From the NCBI GenBank assembly GCA_963848295.1, contig CAWKDB010000010.1:1408001-1472000 (forward strand): DNA of 64,000 bases, read 5' to 3'. Shown piece by piece: positions 25,263-35,524 of this stretch. The stretch is from an uncultured delta proteobacterium (lineage in GTDB: Bacteria; Myxococcota_A; Polyangia; Haliangiales; Haliangiaceae). Every line of letters begins with the position of its first letter. Within the stretch, counting starts at the first letter, position 1. A program made the position numbers and the translations under genes. The notes under the pieces were generated by a model that worked only from the letters and a program-made list of their open reading frames with translations, made no database searches and was not told where the DNA came from.

Positions 25263-26953
25263 GGGCACAGCTCGCGCACGGCCTCGGCGGGATCCGACGG
25301 GATCACGAGCCGCGTCCGGCCGAACGCGCCGACGAGGTTGTCCCAGAACCTGCCCGCGGTCAGCGGCTCGCGCACGGATGCGAGTAGCTCGGCGACGGGC
25401 TCGCAAGTCATCACGCGGCGCGCCGCAGCGATGCCCTCGGGGCTCGTGCGATCCGGATCGGAGCGCATCACATCGAATGCGGGATCGCCGTACTCGGCGA
25501 GCACCCACGCCCACGGCAGCTGCTTCTCGTGACCGGTGCGCCCGGGGAACGTCGGAGTGATCCGCGCACCGATCGGATCCGCGAGCCCGTATCGGTCGGC
25601 TACTTCGCCGTCGAGCGGCGCGATCGCGCCTGCCGTCCCGAGTTGGTCGGCAACGATCACGACCGGTGTGTCGAGCGTCGGATCGACATGCATGGTCGAG
25701 CCATCGTGATCCCAGTACATCCGGTGCTGCACGCCGGCGTTGCTCGCGCGGCGATAGACGTCCGCGCCAAGGCTCCTGCGCACGTACGCCGCCGCATCGA
25801 CCGGGTGATCGTCTAGGGTCATCCGCACGTACGATTGGCGCTCGTCCCAGTCGCTGTACCAGTCGAACCCGACATCGGTGCCGTGATACGTGCGAACGCT
25901 CGCCGCGATGATCAGCGCCCAACCGGCGACGACCGCGAGCGCTGGCGTGCGGATCGGCACGAGCATCGCCGGCAAGATCAGCAAGAACATCGGCGCGAGC
26001 ATCATCCGCGCGAACATGAAGTCGCCGCCGACCCGCACGACGAAGATCGTGAGCGCGCCCGCCGCCGCGACCGGCGCGATCGCGATGATCCGATCGCGCG
26101 TGGCCAGCGTCTTGCGCGCGATCGCGAGTCCGGCGAGCACGGCGAGTGCGGCGAGTGGCACCCACAACCAGCAGTGCTCGATGAAGTGCCAGACGTAGCC
26201 GAGCCCGTGCAGCCACGCGCTCTTGCCGGCACTCTTCGCGAGCGCGGGCAACGGCACGAGCGAACCGTAGTAGCCGGCGCGAAAGATCTCGTAACCGAGC
26301 GGCAGCGCGATCGCATAGCCGGCGAGCGCGAGCGTCCGCCGGCGCGCCGGCCGGACGAGCAACCAACCCGCGACGAGGAACACCGCCGAGACCAGCGCGA
26401 GGTCGGGCCGGACGAGCGGACCGAGCCCGAACGCGATCGCGGTGGCGACGTGGCGGCGATCGCGCAACGTGACGAGCAGCCACCAGATCGCCGCGAGCCA
26501 GGCGAGCGTCAGCCCGGTCTCGAGCCCGGACGTCGCGAAGTCCCAGAACGGAAACGCGCCGATCAGCACGAACGCGCCGCACGGCGCGAGTCGAGCCGAG
26601 CTGCCCCGCGAGCGCAGCCAGCGGCGGGTCGCGTCCATCGCGATCACCAGCGCGAGCACCGCGAGCGACCCGCCGAGCGCGAGCGCGAGCCACTCGAGGT
26701 TCGCGCGCGTGACGAGCCCGGCGAGCGCGAGCAACCATGGCCACAGTGCGCTGGTGTTCGGCTCGGTGCGCTCGAACAGGTTGAACACCGGGCCGTTGCC
26801 CGCGAGGATCTGGCGCGCGACTCGGACGTCGATCAGCGCGTCATCGGTCATCCAGCGCCGTTGCCAGACGAGCGCGATGAACGCGAGCGTGACGACGATC
26901 ATCCCGACGAACGTCGCGCCGTCGGGCGTCGTTAGCCACGCGCGCCATCGCAC
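25259..26953 (-). CDS. GT-C membrane glycosyltransferase, AftB (terminal beta-1,2-arabinofuranosyltransferase)-like
   Basis: RRWMTDDALI..R.......GNGPVFN..ER.E.NTSALW, FATSGLETGL, GPLVRPD, RAGYYG.LVP.PALAK, GHEK; many TM helices. Confidence 0.8.
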   Translation of the reverse strand: MRWRAWLTTPDGATFVGMIVVTLAFIALVWQRRWMTDDALIDVRVARQILAGNGPVFNLFERTEPNTSALWPWLLALAGLVTRANLEWLALALGGSLAVLALVIAMDATRRWLRSRGSSARLAPCGAFVLIGAFPFWDFATSGLETGLTLAWLAAIWWLLVTLRDRRHVATAIAFGLGPLVRPDLALVSAVFLVAGWLLVRPARRRTLALAGYAIALPLGYEIFRAGYYGSLVPLPALAKSAGKSAWLHGLGYVWHFIEHCWLWVPLAALAVLAGLAIARKTLATRDRIIAIAPVAAAGALTIFVVRVGGDFMFARMMLAPMFLLILPAMLVPIRTPALAVVAGWALIIAASVRTYHGTDVGFDWYSDWDERQSYVRMTLDDHPVDAAAYVRRSLGADVYRRASNAGVQHRMYWDHDGSTMHVDPTLDTPVVIVADQLGTAGAIAPLDGEVADRYGLADPIGARITPTFPGRTGHEKQLPWAWVLAEYGDPAFDVMRSDPDRTSPEGIAAARRVMTCEPVAELLASVREPLTAGRFWDNLVGAFGRTRLVIPSDPAEAVRELCP

Positions 26954-26962
26954 GCAGCGACA

Positions 26963-27685
26963 CTACCAGGCGGCGGCGACGAACGCTCCGACCTCGGCGG
27001 CGAACCGCTCGAGCTGATCGAGGTAGACCCAGTGACCGGCCGGCTCGATCCCGATCCAGCGCACGCGATGCCGATCGAGCAGCTCGCGACTCCGCGCGCA
27101 GATGCCGTCGGGGACGCCGGCGACGTACAGCATCGGCACTCGCAGCGCTGCCAATCGAGGCGCGAGGCGATCGTCGCTCGACAACGCCACGAGATCGGTC
27201 GCATCGCGCTGGAACCCGGCCGGACTCGCGAAGCACATCGCCGCGAAGTAGCCGCGCAAAGCGGGCTGCGTCGCGCCATCGGCGTAGACCTGTGCGCGCA
27301 ATTCAGCGAGCCCGGCCGCCGCGTCGCTCCAACCGAGCGCCTGGCCGCTGAACGTGCAGTCGCCGCGCGAGATGTTGCCTTCGACATCGACGACCGCTCG
27401 CACCGGCGCGCGCTCGGCGACGAGCAGCGCGAGCACGCCGCCCATCGAGTGCCCGATCACGACCGCGGGCGAGCGCTCCGCGAGCCAGCCGGCGAGGAGC
27501 TCCGCGGTCGCGTCGAGCCCGACCGGATGACTCGGCCACGCCGACCGGCCGTAACCCGGGAGATCCGGCAAGACATGCGTGTAGCCGGGCAAGCGCGCGA
27601 CGACCGGGTCGAAGCTCGTCGACGATTCGCCGAGGCCGTGGACCCAGACGAGCTCGGGGCCGTGACCGACGCGGCGTACCGACAT
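26963..27685 (-). CDS. Alpha/beta hydrolase
   Basis: VHGLG, PDLPGYGRS, GHSMGG, AGHW. Confidence 0.88.
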   Translation of the reverse strand: MSVRRVGHGPELVWVHGLGESSTSFDPVVARLPGYTHVLPDLPGYGRSAWPSHPVGLDATAELLAGWLAERSPAVVIGHSMGGVLALLVAERAPVRAVVDVEGNISRGDCTFSGQALGWSDAAAGLAELRAQVYADGATQPALRGYFAAMCFASPAGFQRDATDLVALSSDDRLAPRLAALRVPMLYVAGVPDGICARSRELLDRHRVRWIGIEPAGHWVYLDQLERFAAEVGAFVAAAW

Positions 27686-27708
27686 GCCGTGCTCGATCGA
27701 CCAGCTCA

Positions 27709-28200
27709 CTAGTTCCCGTAGTCTTGGACGATCGTCACGCCGGTGCCCATCTGATAGATGCCGCAGCCGAGTGTCGCGTAGGCGCCCATCATGTTGATGT
27801 AGTGGCCGTGGGTCGAGTAATCGGTGCCCGGTCCCTCGGCGTAGAATGCCGCGACGCAGGATCCGACGAGCACCTTCATGTCGCCGCCCGGCTGCAGCAT
27901 CCAGTTGCCTTGCACCGGGCACTCGTTCTCCGCGAACGCGATGCCGCCGCCGCTCGTCATCGTGAAGTGGTTGTGCGCCAAGCTCGAGAAGTCGACCATC
28001 GCGCCGGTCGCAGCGTACGCCTCGAGATCCGCCGACTCGGTGAGCGCCGGCTTATCGTTCATCGCGCGATAACGGTTGGTCTCGGACACGCAGAATTGCA
28101 GCGCGGTCTCGTTCGGATCGGCATCTGGCGAGCCGCCGCCACCGGCGTTACCGCCGCCGCACGCCGCGACCGCTAGCACGACGACCCAGGCTGACCGCAT
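27709..28200 (-). CDS. CAP (SCP)-domain lipoprotein
   Basis: Lipobox AVAAC, NRYRA....PAL, AENE, EGPG....GHYINM, LGCG. Confidence 0.8.
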   Translation of the reverse strand: MRSAWVVVLAVAACGGGNAGGGGSPDADPNETALQFCVSETNRYRAMNDKPALTESADLEAYAATGAMVDFSSLAHNHFTMTSGGGIAFAENECPVQGNWMLQPGGDMKVLVGSCVAAFYAEGPGTDYSTHGHYINMMGAYATLGCGIYQMGTGVTIVQDYGN

Positions 28201-28211
28201 ACACCATCGTA

Positions 28212-29450
28212 TCAACCAAACGCGCGGCGGATCCGCGAAATCGCTTCCTCGATGTTCGCCCGCGAGTTGAACGCGGACAGCCGGAAGTAGCCCTCGCCGG
28301 CCGGACCAAAGCCCGCGCCCGGCGTGCCGACGATCTGCGCCTCGCCGAGCAGCCGATCGAAGAAGTCCCAAGACGAAGCGCCACCGGCGGTGCGCAACCA
28401 CAAGTACGGTGCGTGTACGCCACCGAACAGCGTGAACCCCGCGGCGCCGAGCCCTTCGCGGAGCAAGCGCGCGTTCTCCATGTAGAACGCGATCTGGGCG
28501 CGGGTCTCGGCGAGCCCGGCCGGCGAATACGCCGCCGCGGCGGCGCGCTGCACGACATACGAGGCGCCGTTGAACTTCGTCGTGTGGCGGCGCGCCCATA
28601 GCGCGTTGAGCGACGTCCGCTTGCCGGTCGGATCGACGCCGGTGACCGACTTCGGCACGACCAGGAACGCGCAGCGCACGCCGGTGAACCCGGCGCGCTT
28701 CGAGAAGCTGCGGAGCTCGAGCGCGCAATCCTTCGCGCCCGGGATCTCGTAGATCGAGTGCGGCAGCGACGGATCCGCAATGTAGGACTCGTAAGCGGCG
28801 TCGAACAGGATGATCGCGTCGGTCTCGCGCGCCCAGGCAACCCAGCGCTCGAGCTGCGCGCGGGTCGCGACCGTGCCGGTCGGATTGTTCGGCGAGCATA
28901 GATACGCGACATCGACCTTCGCGGCGCCGGTCGGCGGCTCGGGCTGGAAGCCATTGGCCTCGTTGCCGACCAGGTACACGAGGCCTTCGTAGCGGCCGTC
29001 GCCACCGAGCGCGCCGGTGCGTCCGGCCATCACGTTCGAGTCGACGTAGACCGGGTAGACCGGATCGGTGACCGCGACCTTCGCGGCGAGCGCGAAGATC
29101 TCCTGGATGTTGCCGCTGTCGCACTTGCTGCCGTCGCTGACGAAGATCTCGTCGGCCGCGAGGTCGACCCCGCGCGCCTTGAAGTCGTGCTCGCGGATCG
29201 CCTCGACGAGAAAGTCGTAGCCCTGCTCCGGCCCGTAGCCCTTGAACGTCTCGCGCCTGGCCATCTCGTCGACCGCGGCGTGCATCGCCGCGATGATCGA
29301 CGGCGCGAGCGGCTCGGTGACGTCGCCGATGCCGAGCCGGATCACCTTCGCGTCGGGATGCGCGGCGGTGTACGAACGTACGCGGCGCCCGATCTCGGGG
29401 AACAAGTAGCCGGCGGGGAGCTTGCTGTAGTGCTCGTTGATCCGTGCCAT
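28212..29450 (-). CDS. dapL: LL-diaminopimelate aminotransferase
   Basis: [80 protein letters not shown]. Confidence 0.96.
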   Translation of the reverse strand: MARINEHYSKLPAGYLFPEIGRRVRSYTAAHPDAKVIRLGIGDVTEPLAPSIIAAMHAAVDEMARRETFKGYGPEQGYDFLVEAIREHDFKARGVDLAADEIFVSDGSKCDSGNIQEIFALAAKVAVTDPVYPVYVDSNVMAGRTGALGGDGRYEGLVYLVGNEANGFQPEPPTGAAKVDVAYLCSPNNPTGTVATRAQLERWVAWARETDAIILFDAAYESYIADPSLPHSIYEIPGAKDCALELRSFSKRAGFTGVRCAFLVVPKSVTGVDPTGKRTSLNALWARRHTTKFNGASYVVQRAAAAAYSPAGLAETRAQIAFYMENARLLREGLGAAGFTLFGGVHAPYLWLRTAGGASSWDFFDRLLGEAQIVGTPGAGFGPAGEGYFRLSAFNSRANIEEAISRIRRAFG

Positions 29451-29562
29451 GCGCGCTGAGAATGTACGCCGTCTTGGGACCGGTGCGACGACGATCGCGG
29501 TTTGCGCGTCTCGGACAGCGGATTCTCGGTAACGTTTGGGGCGCTGGCGACAGGATAGGGTC

Positions 29563-30795
29563 GTGGCCGAAGTGCCGAGTCCAGAGCTGCTGCTCCAAGA
29601 CATCGCATGGCTGAAACGCCTCGCGACTACGCTCGCGAACGATCGAGACGACGCTGACGATCTCGTGCAGGAGGCGTGGATCGCCGCGTGGCGACGCCAA
29701 CCAGACGCCACTCGGCCGATGAGAGCGTGGCTCACCAAGGTGGTTCGCGACCTTGCTGGCATGAAGCACCGAAGCGATCGAAGGCGCGCTGCGCGCCACG
29801 TGCTCACGGATGACGCACAGGTACCTGCAGCGCCCGACGAGTTGGTGGCGCAGATCCGACTGCACCGACGGCTCGCGGAGCTCGTCATCGAGCTCGAGGA
29901 GCCGTATCGCTCGACCATCATCGGGCGCTTCGTCGAGGGCCGCACTTCGGCATCGATCGCCCAGTCTCTCGGCATCCCCGCCGGCACGGTACGGAAGCGA
30001 CTGCACGACGCGCTCTCGAAGCTGCGAGCAGGTCTGGATGCCAACGCTGGGGACCGCAAGCGATGGGCACCAGCCGTGCTCGCGTTCGCACAGGGAGGGA
30101 TACAAGTGGCGAAGCCGACCAAGCTTGTTCTTGTGGTTCTCGCCACACTCCTGCTGGCGACTGCCGCGACTGTCATGATCGTTCTCCCCATACGAGGCGG
30201 CGGCGGCGGGACGACGCTCTCGACGCGTTCACCGGAGACAACGGCGTCGAGCGATGCGGCGCCGGCCGGTCCGAGCGTGACTGCCGCCGCGACCGACGCG
30301 CGAACACCACTTGGGCCGCTATCCGCGCACCGCGCCGCGGAGCGTGCCGCGATGCTCGCGGCGATCGCGAGCGCACGAGAGGCCCGCGACCATCGCACCG
30401 CCGCATCCACGCACACGCCCACCACCCCCGGTGCGCCGACCACGACCGGTAGCGACTCGACTGGCACGGTGCTCGATCTACAGGACAACAGCGGCGACAC
30501 CAGCGACTGGGCGAAGCGGACGCTCAGCACGGTCGACCACCTGCTCGGCCAGTGCTACGACCTCGGTCTCGCCGAGGATGCCAACCTCGCAGGGACCATC
30601 AAGGTCCGGTTCACGCTCGTTGGAGAGCCCGGCGTCGGCGGTCTGCTCGAGAGCGTCGAGATCGTCGACGCGGACACGACGATCACGCAGCAGACGATCC
30701 GCGACTGTCTCACCCAGCAGCTCTACGCGCTGGAGCTCGACCCACCGCCCGACGGCGTGACGGTCAAGCGCGACATCAGCCTCAACGTCCCGTGA
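29563..30795 (+). CDS. ECF sigma factor fused to a TM helix and an extracytoplasmic AgmX/PglI/TonB-C-like domain
   Basis: Region 2 [10 protein letters not shown], region 4 [43 protein letters not shown]-terminal CY...LAGTIKVRF...CL. Start uncertain. Confidence 0.8.
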   Translation: MAEVPSPELLLQDIAWLKRLATTLANDRDDADDLVQEAWIAAWRRQPDATRPMRAWLTKVVRDLAGMKHRSDRRRAARHVLTDDAQVPAAPDELVAQIRLHRRLAELVIELEEPYRSTIIGRFVEGRTSASIAQSLGIPAGTVRKRLHDALSKLRAGLDANAGDRKRWAPAVLAFAQGGIQVAKPTKLVLVVLATLLLATAATVMIVLPIRGGGGGTTLSTRSPETTASSDAAPAGPSVTAAATDARTPLGPLSAHRAAERAAMLAAIASAREARDHRTAASTHTPTTPGAPTTTGSDSTGTVLDLQDNSGDTSDWAKRTLSTVDHLLGQCYDLGLAEDANLAGTIKVRFTLVGEPGVGGLLESVEIVDADTTITQQTIRDCLTQQLYALELDPPPDGVTVKRDISLNVP

Positions 30796-31217
30796 CGATT
30801 GCGCGCGCCATCCATCCCCACGATCTAGCGCTGCGTCCGCGCGACCACGGACCAGGGCGCAGCTCGTCGAGTCGGTGATTCGGCTGATACCACGCGTGCG
30901 GCTGTTCGCGAATCGGTCCGGCCGGCTGCCGGCCTCCTTCCCACAAACCAAAAAAGGTCAGTAGCAGAGCCTGTGCGGCGATGTGGACGGGTGCGCCGCT
31001 ACCTCGGTGGTCTCGTGGTCATCGCGATCGATCGCGGCGCAGCCGTCCAAGCGAGCGAGGTCAGCCGTGGACGATCGATGGCGAGAACCTCGATCGCGGC
31101 GCGAGCGGCTGTCCGCGCGAGCGCCATCGTCCACAGGCAGGCACGCAACCAGGCTGCTCTAACTTGCGTTGCGCCGGGTCGAGCAGATCCACAACATACC
31201 GATATCTGCCGAATCAA

Positions 31218-31246
31218 TTGACGCGATCGTCGACGTGTGCTACGGT
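31218..31246 (+). promoter_or_regulatory. Sigma70 promoter of the transposase gene (leaderless)
   Basis: TTGACG-17 nt-TACGGT with extended TG, 7 nt upstream of GTG 31254. Confidence 0.65.
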
Positions 31247-31253
31247 GCTCCTC

Positions 31254-31988
31254 GTGGCATCATATTCGCGAAACCGCCAAACTGAGCTCCCACGTCCCGA
31301 CAAGAACGGTCAGCGTCGAGGCGGCAAGCGGCCGGGCGCTGGGCGCAAACCGCGGGGCCTGCGGGCCGGTGTCACGCATGCGAGGCGCGCCGAGCTCGAC
31401 CCGAACAAGCCGCTCCACATCACGTTGCGCGTGGTTGCCGCCGTCGCCGCGCTGCGCACCGACAAGGCGTATCGCGCGATCCGTAAAGCGCTGGAGGTCT
31501 CGGCATTCAACCAACTCGGGCTGCGGATCTGCCACTTCAGCGTGCAGCGCAACCATCTCCACCTGATCTGCGAGGCCGACAGCAAGGCCGCGCTCGCTCG
31601 CGGCATGCAGAGCTTCAAGATCTCGGCGGCGAAGCAGCTCAACCACGAGCTCGGCCGTCGCGGCACCGTGTTCGCCGACCGCTACCACGTCGAGATCCTC
31701 GCCACGCCGACGCAAGCGAGCCACGCGATCAGCTACGTGCTTAACAACTGGCGCAAGCACGGCGAGCACCGCAACACGGCCGGGCTTTACCGCGGCCGCA
31801 TCGATCCGTTCTCGAGCGGCGCACAGTTCTACGGCTGGTCCACGCCGCGCTGGCGCACGAGCGTCTATCCAAGAGGATACGAGCGCGCCGCGATCGCCGC
31901 GCCGCTGACCTGGATGCTCGCTGTCGGTTACCTCCGCGGTAGCCCGGTCAGGGTATTCGCGGTGCCTTCCGGGCGAGCGACGCGCTAG
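31254..31988 (+). mobile_element. HUH Y1 transposase, REP-associated tyrosine transposase (RAYT)-like
   Basis: PLHITLR, FSVQRNHLHLICE (HUH), GTVFADRYH, ISYVLNN (catalytic Tyr), DPFSS. Confidence 0.82.
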
Positions 31989-32078
31989 ACGCCTTCATCG
32001 TATCGACCGCTGAGCTCGCGCGCCGGTTGCCTCGTCGGTCGCGAGCAACGCATCGGCGGTCGATCGAGACCAAGTGCC

Positions 32079-32465
32079 ATGGTTCGAACGCTCGTCGCGT
32101 TGCTCGTCGTCACCGGCTGCGCCGCCGATATTCACACGCGGTTCGTCACCGGCGCTGCCGATATGCCGACCGGCACGCTCGTGTTGCTGCTGTCGCAACC
32201 GGCTGGCGACCTCGATGTCTCGGTCAACGGCGTGCTGGTCTGCGAGAACGCGCACACCCAGCGCGTCGTCGTCACCAACGTCCCGGTCGGCACGGCCGAG
32301 GTGATGATCGCGGCGAACGGGATCGACAAGCAATTCCACGTGTGGATCGGCAGCGATCACGCGACGACCGTGCCGCTCGGCGTCCCCGATGCGACGATCG
32401 GGTTCTTGAAGACGTTGCTCGGAACGGTGCTGACGCTCGTCGCGTATCAGCTGATCCACGGGTAG
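32079..32465 (+). CDS. Hypothetical lipoprotein with C-terminal TM
   Basis: Lipobox VVTGC, beta-rich core, hydrophobic C-terminus. Confidence 0.65.
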   Translation: MVRTLVALLVVTGCAADIHTRFVTGAADMPTGTLVLLLSQPAGDLDVSVNGVLVCENAHTQRVVVTNVPVGTAEVMIAANGIDKQFHVWIGSDHATTVPLGVPDATIGFLKTLLGTVLTLVAYQLIHG

Positions 32466-32477
32466 ACTGCGGCGGTC

Positions 32478-34775
32478 ATGGCTGCCGAGCGCAACGACTT
32501 CATCCGCGACCTCATCGACGACGATCTTCGCGCCGGTCGCTACACCAAGGTCGCGACGCGATTCCCGCCCGAGCCGAACGGCTACTTGCACATCGGTCAC
32601 GCGAAGTCGATCTGCCTGAACTTCGGCCTGGCGCGCGATTACCACGGCACGTGCAATCTGCGCTACGACGATACGAACCCGGCAAAGGAAGACGTCGAGT
32701 ACGTCGACTCGATCGAGCGCGACGTGCGCTGGCTCGGCTTCGATCCCACCGCGGTGTTGTTCTCGGCCGACTATTTCCCGCGGATGTACGAGCTCGCCGA
32801 ACGGCTCGTGCGCGAAGGCAAGGCATACGTGTGCGATCTCGACGACGAACAGATCCGCGCGTATCGCGGCACGCTGTCGGAGCCCGGTCGACCGAGCCCG
32901 TTTCGCGATCGCGCGGTCGCCGAGAACCTCGAGCTGTTGCGCGCGATGAAAGCCGGCAAGTTCCCCGACGGCACGCGCACGCTGCGCGCGAAGATCGACA
33001 TGGCGTCGGCGAACATGAAGATGCGCGATCCGCTGCTGTACCGGATCCGCCACGCGTATCATCACCGCACCGGCGATGCGTGGTGCATCTACCCGATGTA
33101 CGACTGGGCGCATCCGATCGAGGATGGGATCGAAGGCATCACGCACTCGATCTGCACGCTCGAGTTCGAGAACAACCGCGAGCTCTACGACTGGGTGCTC
33201 GATCACACCGGACCGTGGAATCCGCGGCCGCATCAGCACGAGTTCGCCCGGCTCGCGCTCGACTACACCGTGATGAGCAAACGCAAGCTGCTGATGCTCG
33301 TCAAGGACGGCCACGTGTCGGGCTGGGATGACCCGCGGATGCCGACGCTCGCCGCGCTGCGCCGCCGCGGCTACAGCGCCGGGGCGATCCGCGCGTTCTG
33401 CGACATGATCGGTGTCGCGAAGGCGAACTCCACCGTCGACATCGCGAAGCTCGAATACTGCGTGCGCGACGACTTGAACCACAACGCGCCGCGCGTGCTC
33501 GGCGTCGTGCATCCGATCGAGGTCGAGCTCGTCGGCGCGCAGGCCGACACGTTCGAAGCGCCGGACTTCCCGCCCGATATCGGCAAGCCGGGTTCGCGGC
33601 CGTTGTCGATCTCGAACCGCATCTACATCGATCGCGACGACTGGCGCGACGATCCGCCGAAGGACTATCAGCGGCTCGCGCCGGGTCGCACGGTGCGGTT
33701 GCGTTACGCGTACTGCATCACCGCCGGCGAGGTCCTCGCGCGCGACGGCGAAGGGCGCGCGACGAAGCTACGCGCGACCGTGAACCTCGACACCAAGGGC
33801 GGCAAGAATCCGAGCGACGGCCAGAAGGTCAGTGGCGTGATCCACTGGGTCGACGCGGCGACCGCGGTCACCGCCGAGCTCCGGCTCTATTCGCACCTGT
33901 TCAAGAGCGCGAAGCCCGAAGAAGGCGGTGCCGATTTTCTCGAGCAGATCGATCCGAGCTCGCTCGAAGTGGTTCGCGGCGCGAAGCTCGAGACGTCGCT
34001 CGCGAATGCCGCCGTCGGATCGCGCTGGCAGCTCGAGCGCGTCGGCTACTTCCGCGTCGACGAAGACTCGAAGCCGGGCGCGCTCGTCTTGAATCGGATC
34101 GTCACGCTGCGTGACGTCCGGCAGGCAACGATGCGCGGCGTCGCTGGCGCCCTGGACAGCCCCATCGGTGGGGTGATGATCAACGCGAAGGCCAAGACGC
34201 GGCCGAAGAGCAAGTCGCCGGCTGAATATCGCGCCGAGGCGCGCGTGCGCCACCCCGAGCTCGCCGCGGCGTACGCGAACGCGAAGGCGCTCGGGCTCGC
34301 GGACGATCAGGCCGACTTGCTGAGCGGCGACGCGACGATCGCGCAGCTATTCGAAGCGACCGCCGCCGCGACGCATCTCCCCGACCTCGCGGCGAAGTGG
34401 ATGATCAACGAGCTACCGCGCGCGCTCGGCGACCGCGAGCTCGCCGACGTCGCACTCGATGCGAGCCGGTTCGCGGAGCTGATCGAACTACTCGGCTCGT
34501 CGGCGATCACCGCGACCGTCGGTAAGACCGTGCTCGCCGAGATGATCGCGACCGGCAAGCGCGCCGGCGAGCTGTCCGCCGTGCACGCGTCGCCGGCAGC
34601 GACCGATCTCGCGCCCGCGATCGACGCGGTGATCGCGGCGAACCCGGACAAGGCGGCGCAGTACAAGGCGGGCAAGACCGGGCTGCTCGGGTTCTTCGTC
34701 GGCCAAGTGATGAAAGCCACGCCGAACGCCGACGCCGCCGCCGTGAACCGCGCGGTCCGTCAACGCCTCGAGTAG
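32478..34775 (+). CDS. glnS: Glutamine--tRNA ligase with C-terminal YqeY/GatB-like domain
   Basis: TRFPPEPNGYLHIGHAK, MRDPLLYRI, CTLEFENNR, VMSKRKL, GWDDPRMPT; C-terminal YKAGK.GLLGFFVGQVMK. Confidence 0.96.
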   Translation: MAAERNDFIRDLIDDDLRAGRYTKVATRFPPEPNGYLHIGHAKSICLNFGLARDYHGTCNLRYDDTNPAKEDVEYVDSIERDVRWLGFDPTAVLFSADYFPRMYELAERLVREGKAYVCDLDDEQIRAYRGTLSEPGRPSPFRDRAVAENLELLRAMKAGKFPDGTRTLRAKIDMASANMKMRDPLLYRIRHAYHHRTGDAWCIYPMYDWAHPIEDGIEGITHSICTLEFENNRELYDWVLDHTGPWNPRPHQHEFARLALDYTVMSKRKLLMLVKDGHVSGWDDPRMPTLAALRRRGYSAGAIRAFCDMIGVAKANSTVDIAKLEYCVRDDLNHNAPRVLGVVHPIEVELVGAQADTFEAPDFPPDIGKPGSRPLSISNRIYIDRDDWRDDPPKDYQRLAPGRTVRLRYAYCITAGEVLARDGEGRATKLRATVNLDTKGGKNPSDGQKVSGVIHWVDAATAVTAELRLYSHLFKSAKPEEGGADFLEQIDPSSLEVVRGAKLETSLANAAVGSRWQLERVGYFRVDEDSKPGALVLNRIVTLRDVRQATMRGVAGALDSPIGGVMINAKAKTRPKSKSPAEYRAEARVRHPELAAAYANAKALGLADDQADLLSGDATIAQLFEATAAATHLPDLAAKWMINELPRALGDRELADVALDASRFAELIELLGSSAITATVGKTVLAEMIATGKRAGELSAVHASPAATDLAPAIDAVIAANPDKAAQYKAGKTGLLGFFVGQVMKATPNADAAAVNRAVRQRLE

Positions 34776-34808
34776 CGCACGTGCCCGAGGCCGGGCTACC
34801 ATCGACCG

Positions 34809-35519
34809 ATGTGGAGGCTCGCGATCGCGATCGGGTTCGCCGCATGCGCGGGCAATAGCTCGGCGCTGCCCCACGTCGACGCGAGCCCGGATGGTGCGGG
34901 CGATGGCGCCACCCACGACGGTGATCCCGGGGGCGTCGCGTGCTCGAACGGACGCGTCGTCTACCTCAACTACGGCCCGCAGACGCTGACGTTCGGATCG
35001 AGCGATGCGACGCTGAATCGCGCCGCGTGGCTCGGCGTTGCCTCGGGGACGAGCCCGGCGTTCGCGGGCGGCAACACGACCGACGCCGAGATCGTCACCG
35101 ATGCGGTGCGCGCGGCGCTGGCATCGTTTCCGATCACCATCGTGACGACGCGGCCCGCCTCCGGCCCCTACGTCATGATCGTGTTTGGCGGCGTCGCGGC
35201 GGACTACAACGTGCCGTACCTCTACGGCGCGAACACCCAGGACTGCGGCGATCTCGTGAAGAGCGACGTCGGCTGGATCTCCGACTCGGTTCCGAGCGTG
35301 CAGAAGGCCGCGGACTTCGCGATCGGCGCGATCGGCTACGGTCTCGGCCTATCGGCCACCAGCGACCCGAACGACTGCATGTGCAGCTGGGGGAACTCGT
35401 GTACGCAAGGCGCAGGGCCGTGCACGCTCGGCGCCTCCGAAACGGCGACGATCGCGTGCGCCGGTGCGACGAACCCGCAGGATGAAGTCACGGGCTTTCG
35501 CAAAGCGTTCTGCGAATAG
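34809..35519 (+). CDS. Hypothetical lipoprotein, degenerate matrixin-like
   Basis: Lipobox FAAC, VVYLNY, TTRPASGPY.MIVFGG, AIGYGLGL....DPNDCM. Confidence 0.65.
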   Translation: MWRLAIAIGFAACAGNSSALPHVDASPDGAGDGATHDGDPGGVACSNGRVVYLNYGPQTLTFGSSDATLNRAAWLGVASGTSPAFAGGNTTDAEIVTDAVRAALASFPITIVTTRPASGPYVMIVFGGVAADYNVPYLYGANTQDCGDLVKSDVGWISDSVPSVQKAADFAIGAIGYGLGLSATSDPNDCMCSWGNSCTQGAGPCTLGASETATIACAGATNPQDEVTGFRKAFCE

Positions 35520-35524
35520 CCACG

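Noticed and set aside
27709..30530. 798-aa and 772-aa ORFs as fusion proteins
   Set aside because: 5' over-extensions. The real genes are the CAP lipoprotein from 28200 and dapL from 29450, and the extensions lie antisense to the ECF gene.
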